Origin: Bdellovibrionales bacterium
Lineage (GTDB): Bacteria; Bdellovibrionota; Bdellovibrionia; Bdellovibrionales; JAMPXM01
Length of the DNA: 64,000 nucleotides
Direction of reading: 5' to 3'
Assembly (NCBI GenBank): GCA_005808505.1
Contig: SYLX01000231.1
Span: forward strand, 260-64,259
Positions within the stretch are counted from its first letter, which is position 1; each line of letters starts with the position of its first letter. Below, one piece after another: positions 10,068-19,673 of the stretch. The translations under genes were made by a program, and so were the position numbers. The notes below the pieces were generated by a model. That model saw nothing but the letters and a program-made list of their open reading frames with translations, did no database searches and was not told the origin of the DNA.

Positions 10068-10490
10068 ATGGCAACCCAAGCCCCTGCCGCAAATCAAGAA
10101 AGCGCCGTCATTTTTTTCGATGGCGTTTGCGGGCTTTGCAACTGGAGTGTGGATTGGATCCTCAGTCACGACCGGCGCGGCTTTTACAAGTTCGCACCTC
10201 TTCAGGGAGATGCGGCCACTCGCTACCTAGAAGCGAGCGATCGCGAAGATCTCGACTCCGTTGTCGTCTTAAAGAATTCGAAACTGTACCGACGATCTGA
10301 GGCGGTCGTGGAAGTCCTTCGCGAGATGCCCCCACCTTGGAATTTGCTGGGCACCGGTCTCGCTTTTGTGCCTGGCTTTCTTCGAGATTTTGGCTACCGG
10401 TTGATCGCAAAGAATCGTTACCGACTCTTTGGAAAAAGAGAGACATGTCGCTTACCCACCCGTGAAGAGCGGGCCCGCTTTATCAATTAA
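10068..10490 (+). CDS. DCC1/DUF393 thiol-disulfide oxidoreductase (YuxK-like)
   Basis: FFDGVCGLCN (DxxCxxC), FAPLQG, IAKNRYRLFG; GGAGGTG RBS. Confidence 0.92.
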   Translation: MATQAPAANQESAVIFFDGVCGLCNWSVDWILSHDRRGFYKFAPLQGDAATRYLEASDREDLDSVVVLKNSKLYRRSEAVVEVLREMPPPWNLLGTGLAFVPGFLRDFGYRLIAKNRYRLFGKRETCRLPTREERARFIN

Positions 10491-10496
10491 TTGGAC

Positions 10497-13400
10497 TTAC
10501 TTTCCGGATGCTGGCGGCATTTCGTGCGACGTTGCTGCCGCATCATCGGCCCGCGAACCAATATACTTGAAGAAGTAGTGGTTCACCCACTCGCGGAAAC
10601 GATCGATGTACGAGAACGCTGCAGGCACCACCACAAGCGTGAGGAGCGTTGAGCTGATCGTTCCGCCAATGATCGCAACCCCGAGTGAAGTTCGCTGTTT
10701 AGACGCCTCGTTCAAACCTACCGCAACCGGAACCATACCCGCAATCAACGCGAAGCTCGTCATCAAGATTGGACGTAGACGCGTGCGGCCCGCTTCGATG
10801 ATCGCTTCGGCCCGCGATTTGCCCTCGTGCATGCGTTCGTTTGCGTAATCCACGAGAAGAATCGAGTTCTTGGTCGCAAGACCCAGGAGCATCACGCAAC
10901 CGATCATCGAGAACAAATCAAGCGACTGCCTCGTGATGAAGAGCGCAATCAACGCTCCGCAAATCGCGAGCGGGAAAACGAGCATAATCGCAAAAGGTGT
11001 GATCGGTGACTCGTAAAGGGATGCGAGAACCAAGTAGATGAACAAGATTCCGAGGCCCATCGCAACCAGCATGTTCACGATGAGCTCGCCGAAACGCTTG
11101 GCTTGCCCTTCGAAGCTGAAGGTCACGCCGAGTGGCGGCTTGATTTCTTCTTTCATCAAACGATTCACTTCCGTGATCGCACCCCCCATGCCGGGCCCAT
11201 CGGGCGCGACATCGGCCGAAATCTGAATGTAGCGGCTGCGGTTTTCGCGCAAGATCGTTGCCGGACCCGTTGTCGAAATCGGCTTCGCGACGGCCGAGAG
11301 CGGAACGAGATTTCCGTTGATGTTCGGGATCATCATGGTCGCAAAAGATTTCCGCAGATCGCGCTGGTCTTCGAGCATTCTCACGCGGACATCATACTCA
11401 CGATCGGCGACACGGAAGATGGCGGGCGTTTCGCCTTGGACTTGAACGCGAAGCTCACTTCCGAGGACGGCCGTTTGCACCCCGAGCTGTTCGGCACGAT
11501 TGCGATCGATATCCACTTGAATCTCGGGCTTTCCGGGACGGAAGCTCGTATCGACGTCTTTCAGCGAAGGGTGTTTTTTGATCTTCGCCAAAAGCTGGGA
11601 CGAGATATCTTCGATTTGCTTAAGATCTGCGCCTTTGATGTTTACGCTGAACGGACGCCCCTGCCCGCCTTGCTGACCACCGTCCCCTACCTGCGGGTTC
11701 GCGAAAGCATAGGGTTTCAGTTGCACGCGCAGCTTGTCTTTGAACTGAGACGTATTCATCGTCCGCTGTTTTGCGGGAACCATGTTGATGAAAATCTCGG
11801 CCGCATTGGCTTCCCCGTTACGATTGCCGATCGTGAGAACACTCTGGCGGACTTCCGGGTTCTTGCGAACAACTTCGTCAACTTTGTGACCGAGCTCGGC
11901 CATCGCGGTGAGCGAAGTTCCTGGAGGCAGATCAAGATTGATCTGCACTTCGCCGTTGTCCTGCGCGGGAATAAAGGTTTTCGGAATATACTTCCCGAGC
12001 GAGAGGCTAAAGACGAAAATCAAAATATTCGCGAAAATCACCGTCAGCGGCCAGCGAAGAACCCAGTGCAGAATTCGCTCGTAACCGTTTTCCAGCATGG
12101 TTTGGAAGCGGTCGAAGGCTTTGAGCATTTTCGTGTTCCAACGAAAGAGAAAGAACTGCTTTTTAGGAACATGCCCGTGCGCATGCTTTCCACCTAGGTA
12201 CGCCGACATCATCGGAGCGATCGTCAAGGCGTCGAAGAGCGAGATCAACATCGCAAAACAAATCGTGAGACCGAATTCTTTAAGGTACTGACCGACAATC
12301 CCTTGGAGGAATCCGATCGGACCGAAGACCGCAAGAATCGCAAACGTCGTCGCGACAACTGCGAGCGTTACTTCGGTGGTTCCGACAAGGGCGGCTTGGT
12401 GGGCTGTTTTTCCCATCTCGATGTGGCGGAAGATGTTTTCCCGCACGACGATCGCATCGTCGATCAAAAGACCGACCGCAAGCGAAAGCGCAAGCAAGCT
12501 CATGATGTTAACGGAGAATCCCGCAACCGCCATGAGGATGAAAGCACCAAGGAGAGAGTTTGGAAGAGCGAGCCCCGTGATGATGGTTGAGCGTCCGCTA
12601 CCCAAGAAGAAGTAAACGACCACGACGGTGAGAATGATCCCGATGATGATGGATTCTTCGACGTCGTAAACGTTCGCGCTGATGCGGGCGGCACCGTCGC
12701 GTACGATCGCAAGGCGCGGTTTACCGGGCTGATCTTTGATCTCTTCGTTGATGACTTCGATTTTCGCCTTGAGCGCGTCGACAACGGCGATCGTGTTCGC
12801 CTTTGATTGACGGAAGATGTAGAGAAGCAAAGATTTCTTACCGTCGACAAAAGTGCGCGAGGCTTCGTCTTGAAGGGTATCGACAACGTCCCCTAGTTGG
12901 TGGATCGATATCGGATTTTCGTTCCCCGCGAAACGAACGATCGTGGAGGCCACGGTTTCTAGATCGCGATACTCGCCGACCGAACGGAAGACGGTCTCTT
13001 TCGGACCTTTATCGATCTTTCCGACCGGAATATTTTTTCCGGCTGAGCCGATGACTTGGACAACTTGGTTCGCCGAAATCTCGCGCGCGCGCAAAGCTCC
13101 GCGATCAAGCTGAACCTGGATCTCACGCTTACGGCCGCCGAGGATATCAAGCTGACCGACTTTATCAACTTGCGTGAGCCGCGGTTTCACAACTTCGTTT
13201 GCAACATCGTAGAGTTCGCCGTCAGGCAAATCGGCATTGAGCGCTACGACTAAGATCGGCTGATCGGCCGGGTCAACACTTCGAATGATCGGCTCTTCGA
13301 TATCGTCGGGCAGACGGTTTCTTGCCGCCGCGACCCGGTCGCGGATCTGCTGTTCGGCGTACTTGACGTCGACTTTCAGATCGAATTCCACGATAATTTG

Positions 13401-13667
13401 GCTAACGCCCTCGCGGTTTTCCGAGCGCAGCGCTTCGATTCCGGCGACCGACGCGAGTTCGTCTTCAAGCGGTTTCGAAATCTGAGTTTCAATTTCTTGG
13501 GGTCCGGCGCCAGGATACGTCGTGCGGACCGTGACAACCGGGATCGTGACATCTGGAAAAAGATCGACAGGCAGTTTCGTAAGACTGATGTAACCAACGA
13601 TCAACATCAACACGACGACGCAGCTGATGAAGATGGGTCGCTTGATCGAGAGCGATGCTAAATTCAC
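10497..13667 (-). CDS. RND efflux transporter permease (AcrB/AcrD/AcrF family)
   Basis: 1056 aa; SIKRPIF; LPVDLFP; GLLIDDAIVVRENIFRH; KNSILLVD; RLRPILMT. Confidence 0.96.
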   Translation of the reverse strand: MNLASLSIKRPIFISCVVVLMLIVGYISLTKLPVDLFPDVTIPVVTVRTTYPGAGPQEIETQISKPLEDELASVAGIEALRSENREGVSQIIVEFDLKVDVKYAEQQIRDRVAAARNRLPDDIEEPIIRSVDPADQPILVVALNADLPDGELYDVANEVVKPRLTQVDKVGQLDILGGRKREIQVQLDRGALRAREISANQVVQVIGSAGKNIPVGKIDKGPKETVFRSVGEYRDLETVASTIVRFAGNENPISIHQLGDVVDTLQDEASRTFVDGKKSLLLYIFRQSKANTIAVVDALKAKIEVINEEIKDQPGKPRLAIVRDGAARISANVYDVEESIIIGIILTVVVVYFFLGSGRSTIITGLALPNSLLGAFILMAVAGFSVNIMSLLALSLAVGLLIDDAIVVRENIFRHIEMGKTAHQAALVGTTEVTLAVVATTFAILAVFGPIGFLQGIVGQYLKEFGLTICFAMLISLFDALTIAPMMSAYLGGKHAHGHVPKKQFFLFRWNTKMLKAFDRFQTMLENGYERILHWVLRWPLTVIFANILIFVFSLSLGKYIPKTFIPAQDNGEVQINLDLPPGTSLTAMAELGHKVDEVVRKNPEVRQSVLTIGNRNGEANAAEIFINMVPAKQRTMNTSQFKDKLRVQLKPYAFANPQVGDGGQQGGQGRPFSVNIKGADLKQIEDISSQLLAKIKKHPSLKDVDTSFRPGKPEIQVDIDRNRAEQLGVQTAVLGSELRVQVQGETPAIFRVADREYDVRVRMLEDQRDLRKSFATMMIPNINGNLVPLSAVAKPISTTGPATILRENRSRYIQISADVAPDGPGMGGAITEVNRLMKEEIKPPLGVTFSFEGQAKRFGELIVNMLVAMGLGILFIYLVLASLYESPITPFAIMLVFPLAICGALIALFITRQSLDLFSMIGCVMLLGLATKNSILLVDYANERMHEGKSRAEAIIEAGRTRLRPILMTSFALIAGMVPVAVGLNEASKQRTSLGVAIIGGTISSTLLTLVVVPAAFSYIDRFREWVNHYFFKYIGSRADDAAATSHEMPPASGK

Positions 13668-13690
13668 GGATTCAAATCCTTATCTGATTC

Positions 13691-15163
13691 TCAACGGTTC
13701 CGATTCGTGGAACCTGGATTGACGAGTTCATCGCGAGCCGCCGCAAGCTTGTTGAGCGTGATGTGGTAGTTGCCTACCGTACGTGCCCGCTCAAGCTGCG
13801 AATTGAAAAGTTCGTTGTAAGCCCGGATCAACTCAACCAGTGGTTGACGCCCTTGGCGATATGCCGTTTCGAGTTCACGCACGACGCGCGCTCGCAGCTC
13901 TACGGTTTCGGCCGCTGACTTTGCGATTGCGTATTGACTCACAACTTGTCTTTCAAGTGCCGACTGTTCGTCGCGGAGATTATCGAGTTCGACGGCAAGA
14001 TCATTTTCGGCCTGACGCAACTGAACTTCCGCATCGGTGACGTTACCGCGGTTGAGATCCGAATCGAGCGGCGATTCGAATTCGATACCGACGTAGTACG
14101 TTGGCTTCGTATTGGCCGTCATCTCGGCTAAACTTGCGCCGTTCTCATTTTCAACTCCGGTCGAACGAGCTCGAGCTACGAGATCGAAGCGCGCACTCGC
14201 GTTACTCTTTGCAGTACTCACGCGCCGCTCGGCATTGAGCTGACGAGTCGCGGCTGCGCGAATTTTTCGCAAGTTTGCCAAGTCCTTAGCGCGAAGCTGC
14301 GGAACCGGCGGGAGCTCCGCAGGAACTTCGAGCTCGACTTGTTCTTTTGTTTGAAACTGAATCGCGGTGAGCAATTTCTGCAGCGATTCGAGATACGCGG
14401 CTGAAGAGGACTTCACCTTTTGCTCGGCGCCCTCGAATTCCGCCTGTAGGCGGGGCAATTCACCTGGGGTCGATAAGTTAAAGCCTGCTTTGCGACGGAC
14501 GTTTTTAACAAGTTGCTCGTACTTTTCCCGCGCTGCGATGTTTTCCTTAAGCTGTCTCTCCGCGGTGTAGGTGTCCCAGTATAGAGTCATCGCATCGAGG
14601 AGGATTTGCTCGAGATCCTCTTCACGCGTTTCAAGAGCGGCATCGATTTCGGAGCGGCCGATGATCAGTCCCAACCGATCTGCGTAACCGAACGCGTTCC
14701 GCCAGAGGGCTTGGCGTACACCTACGCCCGCCGTGTTCAAGCTAACGTTGGCATCCAGTGCTGAACCCACTACGCGAGTGACGTTGTACTGCTCGTTTTG
14801 GAATTCGACGAGAAAGGTCGTACCCGTGCGAATTTTCTTTTCCAGCGAGGTGCTTACCGCGAAAGTTCGCGTTGCGAGATCATCATTCAAACGAACCGTT
14901 TGTGCTTCGGTGTACTGATAGTACGGACTCACTTTGAATTGAAAATCAAATACGCCGAGTGCTTGTTGCAACGTCAAATAAGCACGTTGGGCTTGAAGCT
15001 CGGCTCCGCGCGCACGACGGCCTTTGGTCAGCGCAAGGTCGACAACCGTTTGGGGCGAGAGCTTTACTGCCGCGAGCACCGGCGTCGCCATGGAAGACGC
15101 AAGGAGCGAAGTCAGGATCAAACTAGTTCTCAAGATGTTTCGTCCCGATGTACGAAGCTGCAT
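13691..15163 (-). CDS. TolC-family outer-membrane channel
   Basis: Signal peptide and helical TolC-like repeats (YRQGRQPLVEL). ATG at 15163 overlaps the upstream TAA; lies just upstream of the RND gene. Confidence 0.85.
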   Translation of the reverse strand: MQLRTSGRNILRTSLILTSLLASSMATPVLAAVKLSPQTVVDLALTKGRRARGAELQAQRAYLTLQQALGVFDFQFKVSPYYQYTEAQTVRLNDDLATRTFAVSTSLEKKIRTGTTFLVEFQNEQYNVTRVVGSALDANVSLNTAGVGVRQALWRNAFGYADRLGLIIGRSEIDAALETREEDLEQILLDAMTLYWDTYTAERQLKENIAAREKYEQLVKNVRRKAGFNLSTPGELPRLQAEFEGAEQKVKSSSAAYLESLQKLLTAIQFQTKEQVELEVPAELPPVPQLRAKDLANLRKIRAAATRQLNAERRVSTAKSNASARFDLVARARSTGVENENGASLAEMTANTKPTYYVGIEFESPLDSDLNRGNVTDAEVQLRQAENDLAVELDNLRDEQSALERQVVSQYAIAKSAAETVELRARVVRELETAYRQGRQPLVELIRAYNELFNSQLERARTVGNYHITLNKLAAARDELVNPGSTNRNR

Positions 15164-16080
15164 TACTGAAAGCCCCCTAAGATGCCGGCCACGATGTTTG
15201 ATTTTTGGATGTCGAATTGAGTCGAAGCATTTTGGACAGGAATGCGGTAATCGTATCCTGCGTACGCCGTCCATCGGTCAAAGAACTTGCGCTCGAAAGT
15301 CGCGCCTACGCTCGCGAAACGCACGGTGCCCGACATCGACGCAAATGCGGAATTCGATGATTGAGTCACGAGAAGTTGACCGTAGCCCAAAAGACCCCGC
15401 ACGCCCCAAAGTGATGAAGCAGATGGTGACCAACCTAGCTCTGCACCGGCTTGAGTTTTGAGCGAGTGGAGCTCGGTGTTCTCGATCGCAAGACCGGTCG
15501 GACTCGTGAGGTTAACGCGATGTTGAGCGTAACCAACCGAGCCGAAAAGCCCGAAGCTTGCGGCACCCTTCATTTCAAAATCGAGCGGGAGCCAACGCAG
15601 TTCAAGCGCGAGCATTGGTTTTGCCGAAAGGCCGTCGAGTTCGTAGGGCGTGAGTGTCGGAAGTTCAACTCGTCCCATGGGCTGATACATCTGCGCCGAT
15701 AAACCGATCTCGAAAAGTTTCGCTCCGAGAGGATTTTGAACCGGCTCGATTTTCGAGAGCACCGTCGCGGGCGTTGGTAAAACATCTCGAGATCGCGCAT
15801 CGGCGGGAATGATGAGTTCCGTTTGTGCCGCATCAGCCGTGGGCTTTTCGGGCGCCGCAGGTTTTGCCTTTGCAGCTCGCGCTTTCTTTCGCTCCACCGA
15901 TGCTTCAGGCCCCGTTCCTTGTCGACGAATGATCTTCGTCTTCGACGAAGTTTGCGAAGTCGTTTGAGCTTCGACCGAGTTGATTCCAATGACGACAAAG
16001 AGACTAAGAAGGACCGATTGGGCGACCCGAGTTGAAATTCGAGTCACTCGACCTGAAGAGATGCTCAGCGCCACGTTCAT
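15163..16080 (-). CDS. Putative outer-membrane beta-barrel protein
   Basis: Signal peptide, Ala/Pro/Lys-rich linker, alternating beta-strand pattern, C-terminus GILGGFQ; coupled to tolC by TAATG. Confidence 0.65.
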   Translation of the reverse strand: MNVALSISSGRVTRISTRVAQSVLLSLFVVIGINSVEAQTTSQTSSKTKIIRRQGTGPEASVERKKARAAKAKPAAPEKPTADAAQTELIIPADARSRDVLPTPATVLSKIEPVQNPLGAKLFEIGLSAQMYQPMGRVELPTLTPYELDGLSAKPMLALELRWLPLDFEMKGAASFGLFGSVGYAQHRVNLTSPTGLAIENTELHSLKTQAGAELGWSPSASSLWGVRGLLGYGQLLVTQSSNSAFASMSGTVRFASVGATFERKFFDRWTAYAGYDYRIPVQNASTQFDIQKSNIVAGILGGFQ

Positions 16081-16381
16081 GACGAACTCCCGCGACCAGA
16101 GGCTTGCGGCTTAAAGAAGCAAGCCAAAGAACGACCAAATATTTGAGGCTTGGTACCACGATAGTGCTACTAAACTTTGCGGTAGAACTGAAGGCGTTTC
16201 GTTTGGGATTCCGTTGGTTTGGGAAATCCTTCACTCACGACTTGCCATCGCCGGTGTCCTCACAAAGTCTTCGCAAATCACGCACGGCGAGTTCGCTTCG
16301 CTGGAACTCGAAATACCAGTTTTTCTCCACGCTTTTCCCGGCCGCTTGATTAATGCGGAAAAGGACGTTTTCATACCGCCG

Positions 16382-17083
16382 ATGTCTCATGAACCCCAAG
16401 ACCGCCTCATCGCAGACTCAACCCAACTAGGATCTGAAAACCCTCGTCGATTCTCAGAGACGCTGCACGCAATCCGCGAGAAAGCGAACGATACGAAGGT
16501 GGCAAGCAAACCAGAGGGTCGCCAGGGTCAAAACCTGACCCTTAACCACCTTCTTGAACTTGCGGGGCCTAAAGGCCACGTCTTCCTCATCGTCTTTCTG
16601 ATTTTGCCGTTTCTTCAACCCATTCCGCTGCCAGGCCTATCGACGTTGGTTGGTCTCTCGATCGCGATGCTTGGAATCTTTATGGCGCTCGAACGACCGC
16701 CTAAGCTCCCCGACCGTTTAGGTAAGGCCGGAATCGATGCGGACATCATACTCAGGATCTCCGGGGTACTCGAGTCGATCATGACCCGACTTGAAAAAAT
16801 TCTCCGCCCTCGAGGCCGTGCGCTCTTTCAGATGAGCTGGTTTCGGCGAGTGCACGGCGTTCTGCTCGTCATTCATGCGGCCTTGTTGTCGCTTCCACTC
16901 CCGATTCCACTTTCGAATTTTCTTCCCGCTTTCGTGGTCTTTTTGTTCGCGCTGGGCGTCCTCGAAGAAGACCTTTTGGTCCTTGTGGTCGGCTACATCG
17001 CGGCACTCGTAAATGCTGCTTTTTTCATCGCTTTGGTGGTGCTCCCCTACTTCGGCATCAAAGCGTCGCTCGCGAACGTCTAG
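16382..17083 (+). CDS. exoD: ExoD-family membrane protein
   Basis: LPFLQPIPLPGLST, LEKILRPR, LPLPIPLSNFLPA, GVLEEDL. Start taken at MSHEPQ. Confidence 0.88.
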   Translation: MSHEPQDRLIADSTQLGSENPRRFSETLHAIREKANDTKVASKPEGRQGQNLTLNHLLELAGPKGHVFLIVFLILPFLQPIPLPGLSTLVGLSIAMLGIFMALERPPKLPDRLGKAGIDADIILRISGVLESIMTRLEKILRPRGRALFQMSWFRRVHGVLLVIHAALLSLPLPIPLSNFLPAFVVFLFALGVLEEDLLVLVVGYIAALVNAAFFIALVVLPYFGIKASLANV

Positions 17084-17171
17084 AATGCGGCGCAAGGTGG
17101 ACGGCTTGGGCTAACTCTTGTCATGATCAGGAGGTGAAACTTTTGATTGCGACGCCTGGAGGAGGACATCC

Positions 17172-17825
17172 GTGTTTCCATTTGATCCGACCCTGAACAT
17201 GATCGCGCCGATGGTTGCGAATGATAAATCTGAAAAAGAAGAAAAAGGCTCTGATAAGCCTGAGAAGTCGACGGGCATGCAGGTTGAGCGCGAACTTTTC
17301 GAAGCGCGCATCGTCCTCATCTCTGCACCCGTGGATGCAAAGCTTGCTCACGCGGTGAATGCTAAGCTTTTGGCGCTCGAGCGTCACAATGACAAAGATC
17401 CGATCTATCTCTTCATCAACAGCCCGGGTGGCGAAGTTCACTCTGGCTTTTCGATCTTCGATTGTGCGCGCTTCGTAAAGCCGCCGGTTGCGACGGTCGT
17501 TACGGGTCTTGCTGCGAGCATGGGCTCGATCATCACTCTTTGCGCAAAACCAGAGCGTCGATTCGCATTTCCGAACTCGAAAATCCTCGTCCACCAACCG
17601 TTGATCTCGGGTCTCGGTGGCTCGGTTTCAGATATCGAGATTCACGCAAAAGATCTTCTCGAAACGAAAGATCGTATCATCGACATTTACGTGAAAGAGT
17701 GCAGCCGCTCGCGCGATGAAGTTAAAAAAGCCCTCGATCGCGACAACTGGATGAGTGCTGAGCAAGCCGTGAAATGGGGCCACATCTCGAAGATCGTCGC
17801 TTCGCGCGACGACCTGAAATTCTAG
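17172..17825 (+). CDS. clpP: ATP-dependent Clp protease proteolytic subunit (stand-alone paralogue)
   Basis: INSPGG, AASMG (Ser), HQP (His), DRDNW (Asp); GGAGGAGG RBS. Confidence 0.95.
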   Translation: MFPFDPTLNMIAPMVANDKSEKEEKGSDKPEKSTGMQVERELFEARIVLISAPVDAKLAHAVNAKLLALERHNDKDPIYLFINSPGGEVHSGFSIFDCARFVKPPVATVVTGLAASMGSIITLCAKPERRFAFPNSKILVHQPLISGLGGSVSDIEIHAKDLLETKDRIIDIYVKECSRSRDEVKKALDRDNWMSAEQAVKWGHISKIVASRDDLKF

Positions 17826-17850
17826 TTCGTTCAAGCTTTTTTAGGTTGGC

Positions 17851-18651
17851 CTAATTCAGGGCCAATCCCTCGCGGCCGATCCATTCGACCGCGACGCCAA
17901 ACGCCGGAGCCAGCGGTTGCAAGCTGCTCCGGTGTACGCCTGCCGCGTAAGTCCACCGCCAAGCTCCTTGTCGATGCCCGCCTACTAAAGAGATTCGCTC
18001 GCTGAAGCTTCCTGTTCCGTGAGCTTCGGTTCTTCTTCCGCCGAACCCTATGAAAAAGTCCTCGAGCATCGAGTTCGGAATCTTTTTTCCTGCCGTGTAG
18101 GTCTGCTCAAAAGTGCGATCGTAGCCACGGCGACCGATGAGAACAGCTCCGTCTTCGTAAAAATCTTCGCCGTCACCCGAAGGCCAGAAATCGGTCCACA
18201 CAAGATGCGTGACGACGAAGTAGCCTCTTGCTCCGAGAGTCAGATCGAGAGCCGCATACTTCGTGCGGAGATCTCCGTCACATTGATAGAGACTGCAATC
18301 CGTGTTGCCCGACTGATCTTTTGAACGATGCGTGATTGCGGAACCAAAGGTGAGACCTAGGAAGGAAACAGGGTAAACAGAAAGGAATGCGTCGGCCGCG
18401 TTGATTGAAATTGCGCTTGTGAGACGAACACCAGGCCGAAGATATCCGTAGAAAACTTCATCCGGGTTCGCGTAGTCGCCATAGAGCAGATGATTGGAGC
18501 CCGCTTCGGCGTAGCCAGCAGCACCGAAGGGCATCGAGCGAATTCCGAAGCCGGCGAAGTAATCGAGTCCGGAGTTTTTCTCAGCACCTCTGACCGGAAT
18601 CGCGCTGACAATCAAAGCGAGGCAGACCAAAAACTTTTGAATGAGAGTCAT
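17851..18651 (-). CDS. Secreted / outer-membrane hypothetical protein
   Basis: GGAGGAGG RBS before MTLIQK; signal peptide; aromatic beta-strand-like pattern. Confidence 0.7.
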   Translation of the reverse strand: MTLIQKFLVCLALIVSAIPVRGAEKNSGLDYFAGFGIRSMPFGAAGYAEAGSNHLLYGDYANPDEVFYGYLRPGVRLTSAISINAADAFLSVYPVSFLGLTFGSAITHRSKDQSGNTDCSLYQCDGDLRTKYAALDLTLGARGYFVVTHLVWTDFWPSGDGEDFYEDGAVLIGRRGYDRTFEQTYTAGKKIPNSMLEDFFIGFGGRRTEAHGTGSFSERISLVGGHRQGAWRWTYAAGVHRSSLQPLAPAFGVAVEWIGREGLALN

Positions 18652-18716
18652 GTCCTCCTCCAAATCACGGATCCAGAGCCTTGCATCCCTCGCGAGGCAA
18701 GGATAGAAGAATTCTT

Positions 18717-19673
18717 ATGTTGCGTGTTTTTTATTCCGACCGCATGACGATTCCCCTACCCGATGGTCACCGATTCCCGGTGGCGAAGTACAAAATGCTT
18801 CGCGAACAGTTAGTGAGTGAAGGTGTTTTGCGCGAAGAGGAAATTTTTGAATCTCCCTTCGCGACCCGCGAGCAAATTTGCCTCGCACACTCTGAGAATT
18901 ACGTTGATGGCATTTTGAATGGAACGGTCGATCCGCAAATTTTGAAGCGTGTGGGATTTCCCTGGACGCCCGGGCTTGTTCAGCGTTCGCTTGCAACGGT
19001 TGGCGGTTGCCTTGCCGCCGCACGTTCCGCGCTCGAATTCGGAGTCAGCGGAAACCTTGCGGGCGGCACGCACCATGCCCATCGCGACGCAGGAGAAGGC
19101 TACTGCGTGTTCAACGACATCGCGGTGAGTTTTTTGAATTTGCGAAGTGAAGGACTCATCAAGCGTGCGGCGATCATTGATCTCGATGTTCACCAAGGCA
19201 ACGGTAACTCGAGTATTCTCGGTGGCCGCGATGATGTTTTCATCTTCTCGATGCACGGAGCGAAGAACTATCCGTTCAGAAAAATTCCTTCAACGCTTGA
19301 TCTGAATCTTGCGGACGATACCGGTGACGAAGAGTTTTTGCGGTTGTTAGACGAAGCTCTTCCGCAAGTGTTTGCCTCTGAGCCCGAGATTGTTTTTTAT
19401 CAAGCCGGGGTCGACCCGCTGAAGGAAGACTCACTCGGCAAACTCTCACTCACGCACGAAGGCTTGATGGAGCGTGATCGAAAAGTTTTGAAGGCTTGCC
19501 GCGATCGCGGGATTCCCGTTTCGCTTTCGATGGGCGGCGGTTACGCAAAGCCAATTGAACTCACCGTGAAAGCTCACGTGGGAACGTACCGCATGGTGAA
19601 GGAAGTTTTTGGCGATCAGCTTCGCGGTGAGCGCCTTGCACATAAAGTGCGCTCACCGGAGCTTGGGATTTAA
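18717..19673 (+). CDS. Histone-deacetylase-family Zn-dependent deacylase
   Basis: GGTHHAH, GYCVFND, DLDVHQGNG, AGVD, GGGY. Confidence 0.94.
   Translation: MLRVFYSDRMTIPLPDGHRFPVAKYKMLREQLVSEGVLREEEIFESPFATREQICLAHSENYVDGILNGTVDPQILKRVGFPWTPGLVQRSLATVGGCLAAARSALEFGVSGNLAGGTHHAHRDAGEGYCVFNDIAVSFLNLRSEGLIKRAAIIDLDVHQGNGNSSILGGRDDVFIFSMHGAKNYPFRKIPSTLDLNLADDTGDEEFLRLLDEALPQVFASEPEIVFYQAGVDPLKEDSLGKLSLTHEGLMERDRKVLKACRDRGIPVSLSMGGGYAKPIELTVKAHVGTYRMVKEVFGDQLRGERLAHKVRSPELGI

Noticed and set aside
11103-12197. 364-aa plus-strand ORF
   Set aside because: Entirely antisense to the RND gene with no recognisable motifs; a shadow ORF.
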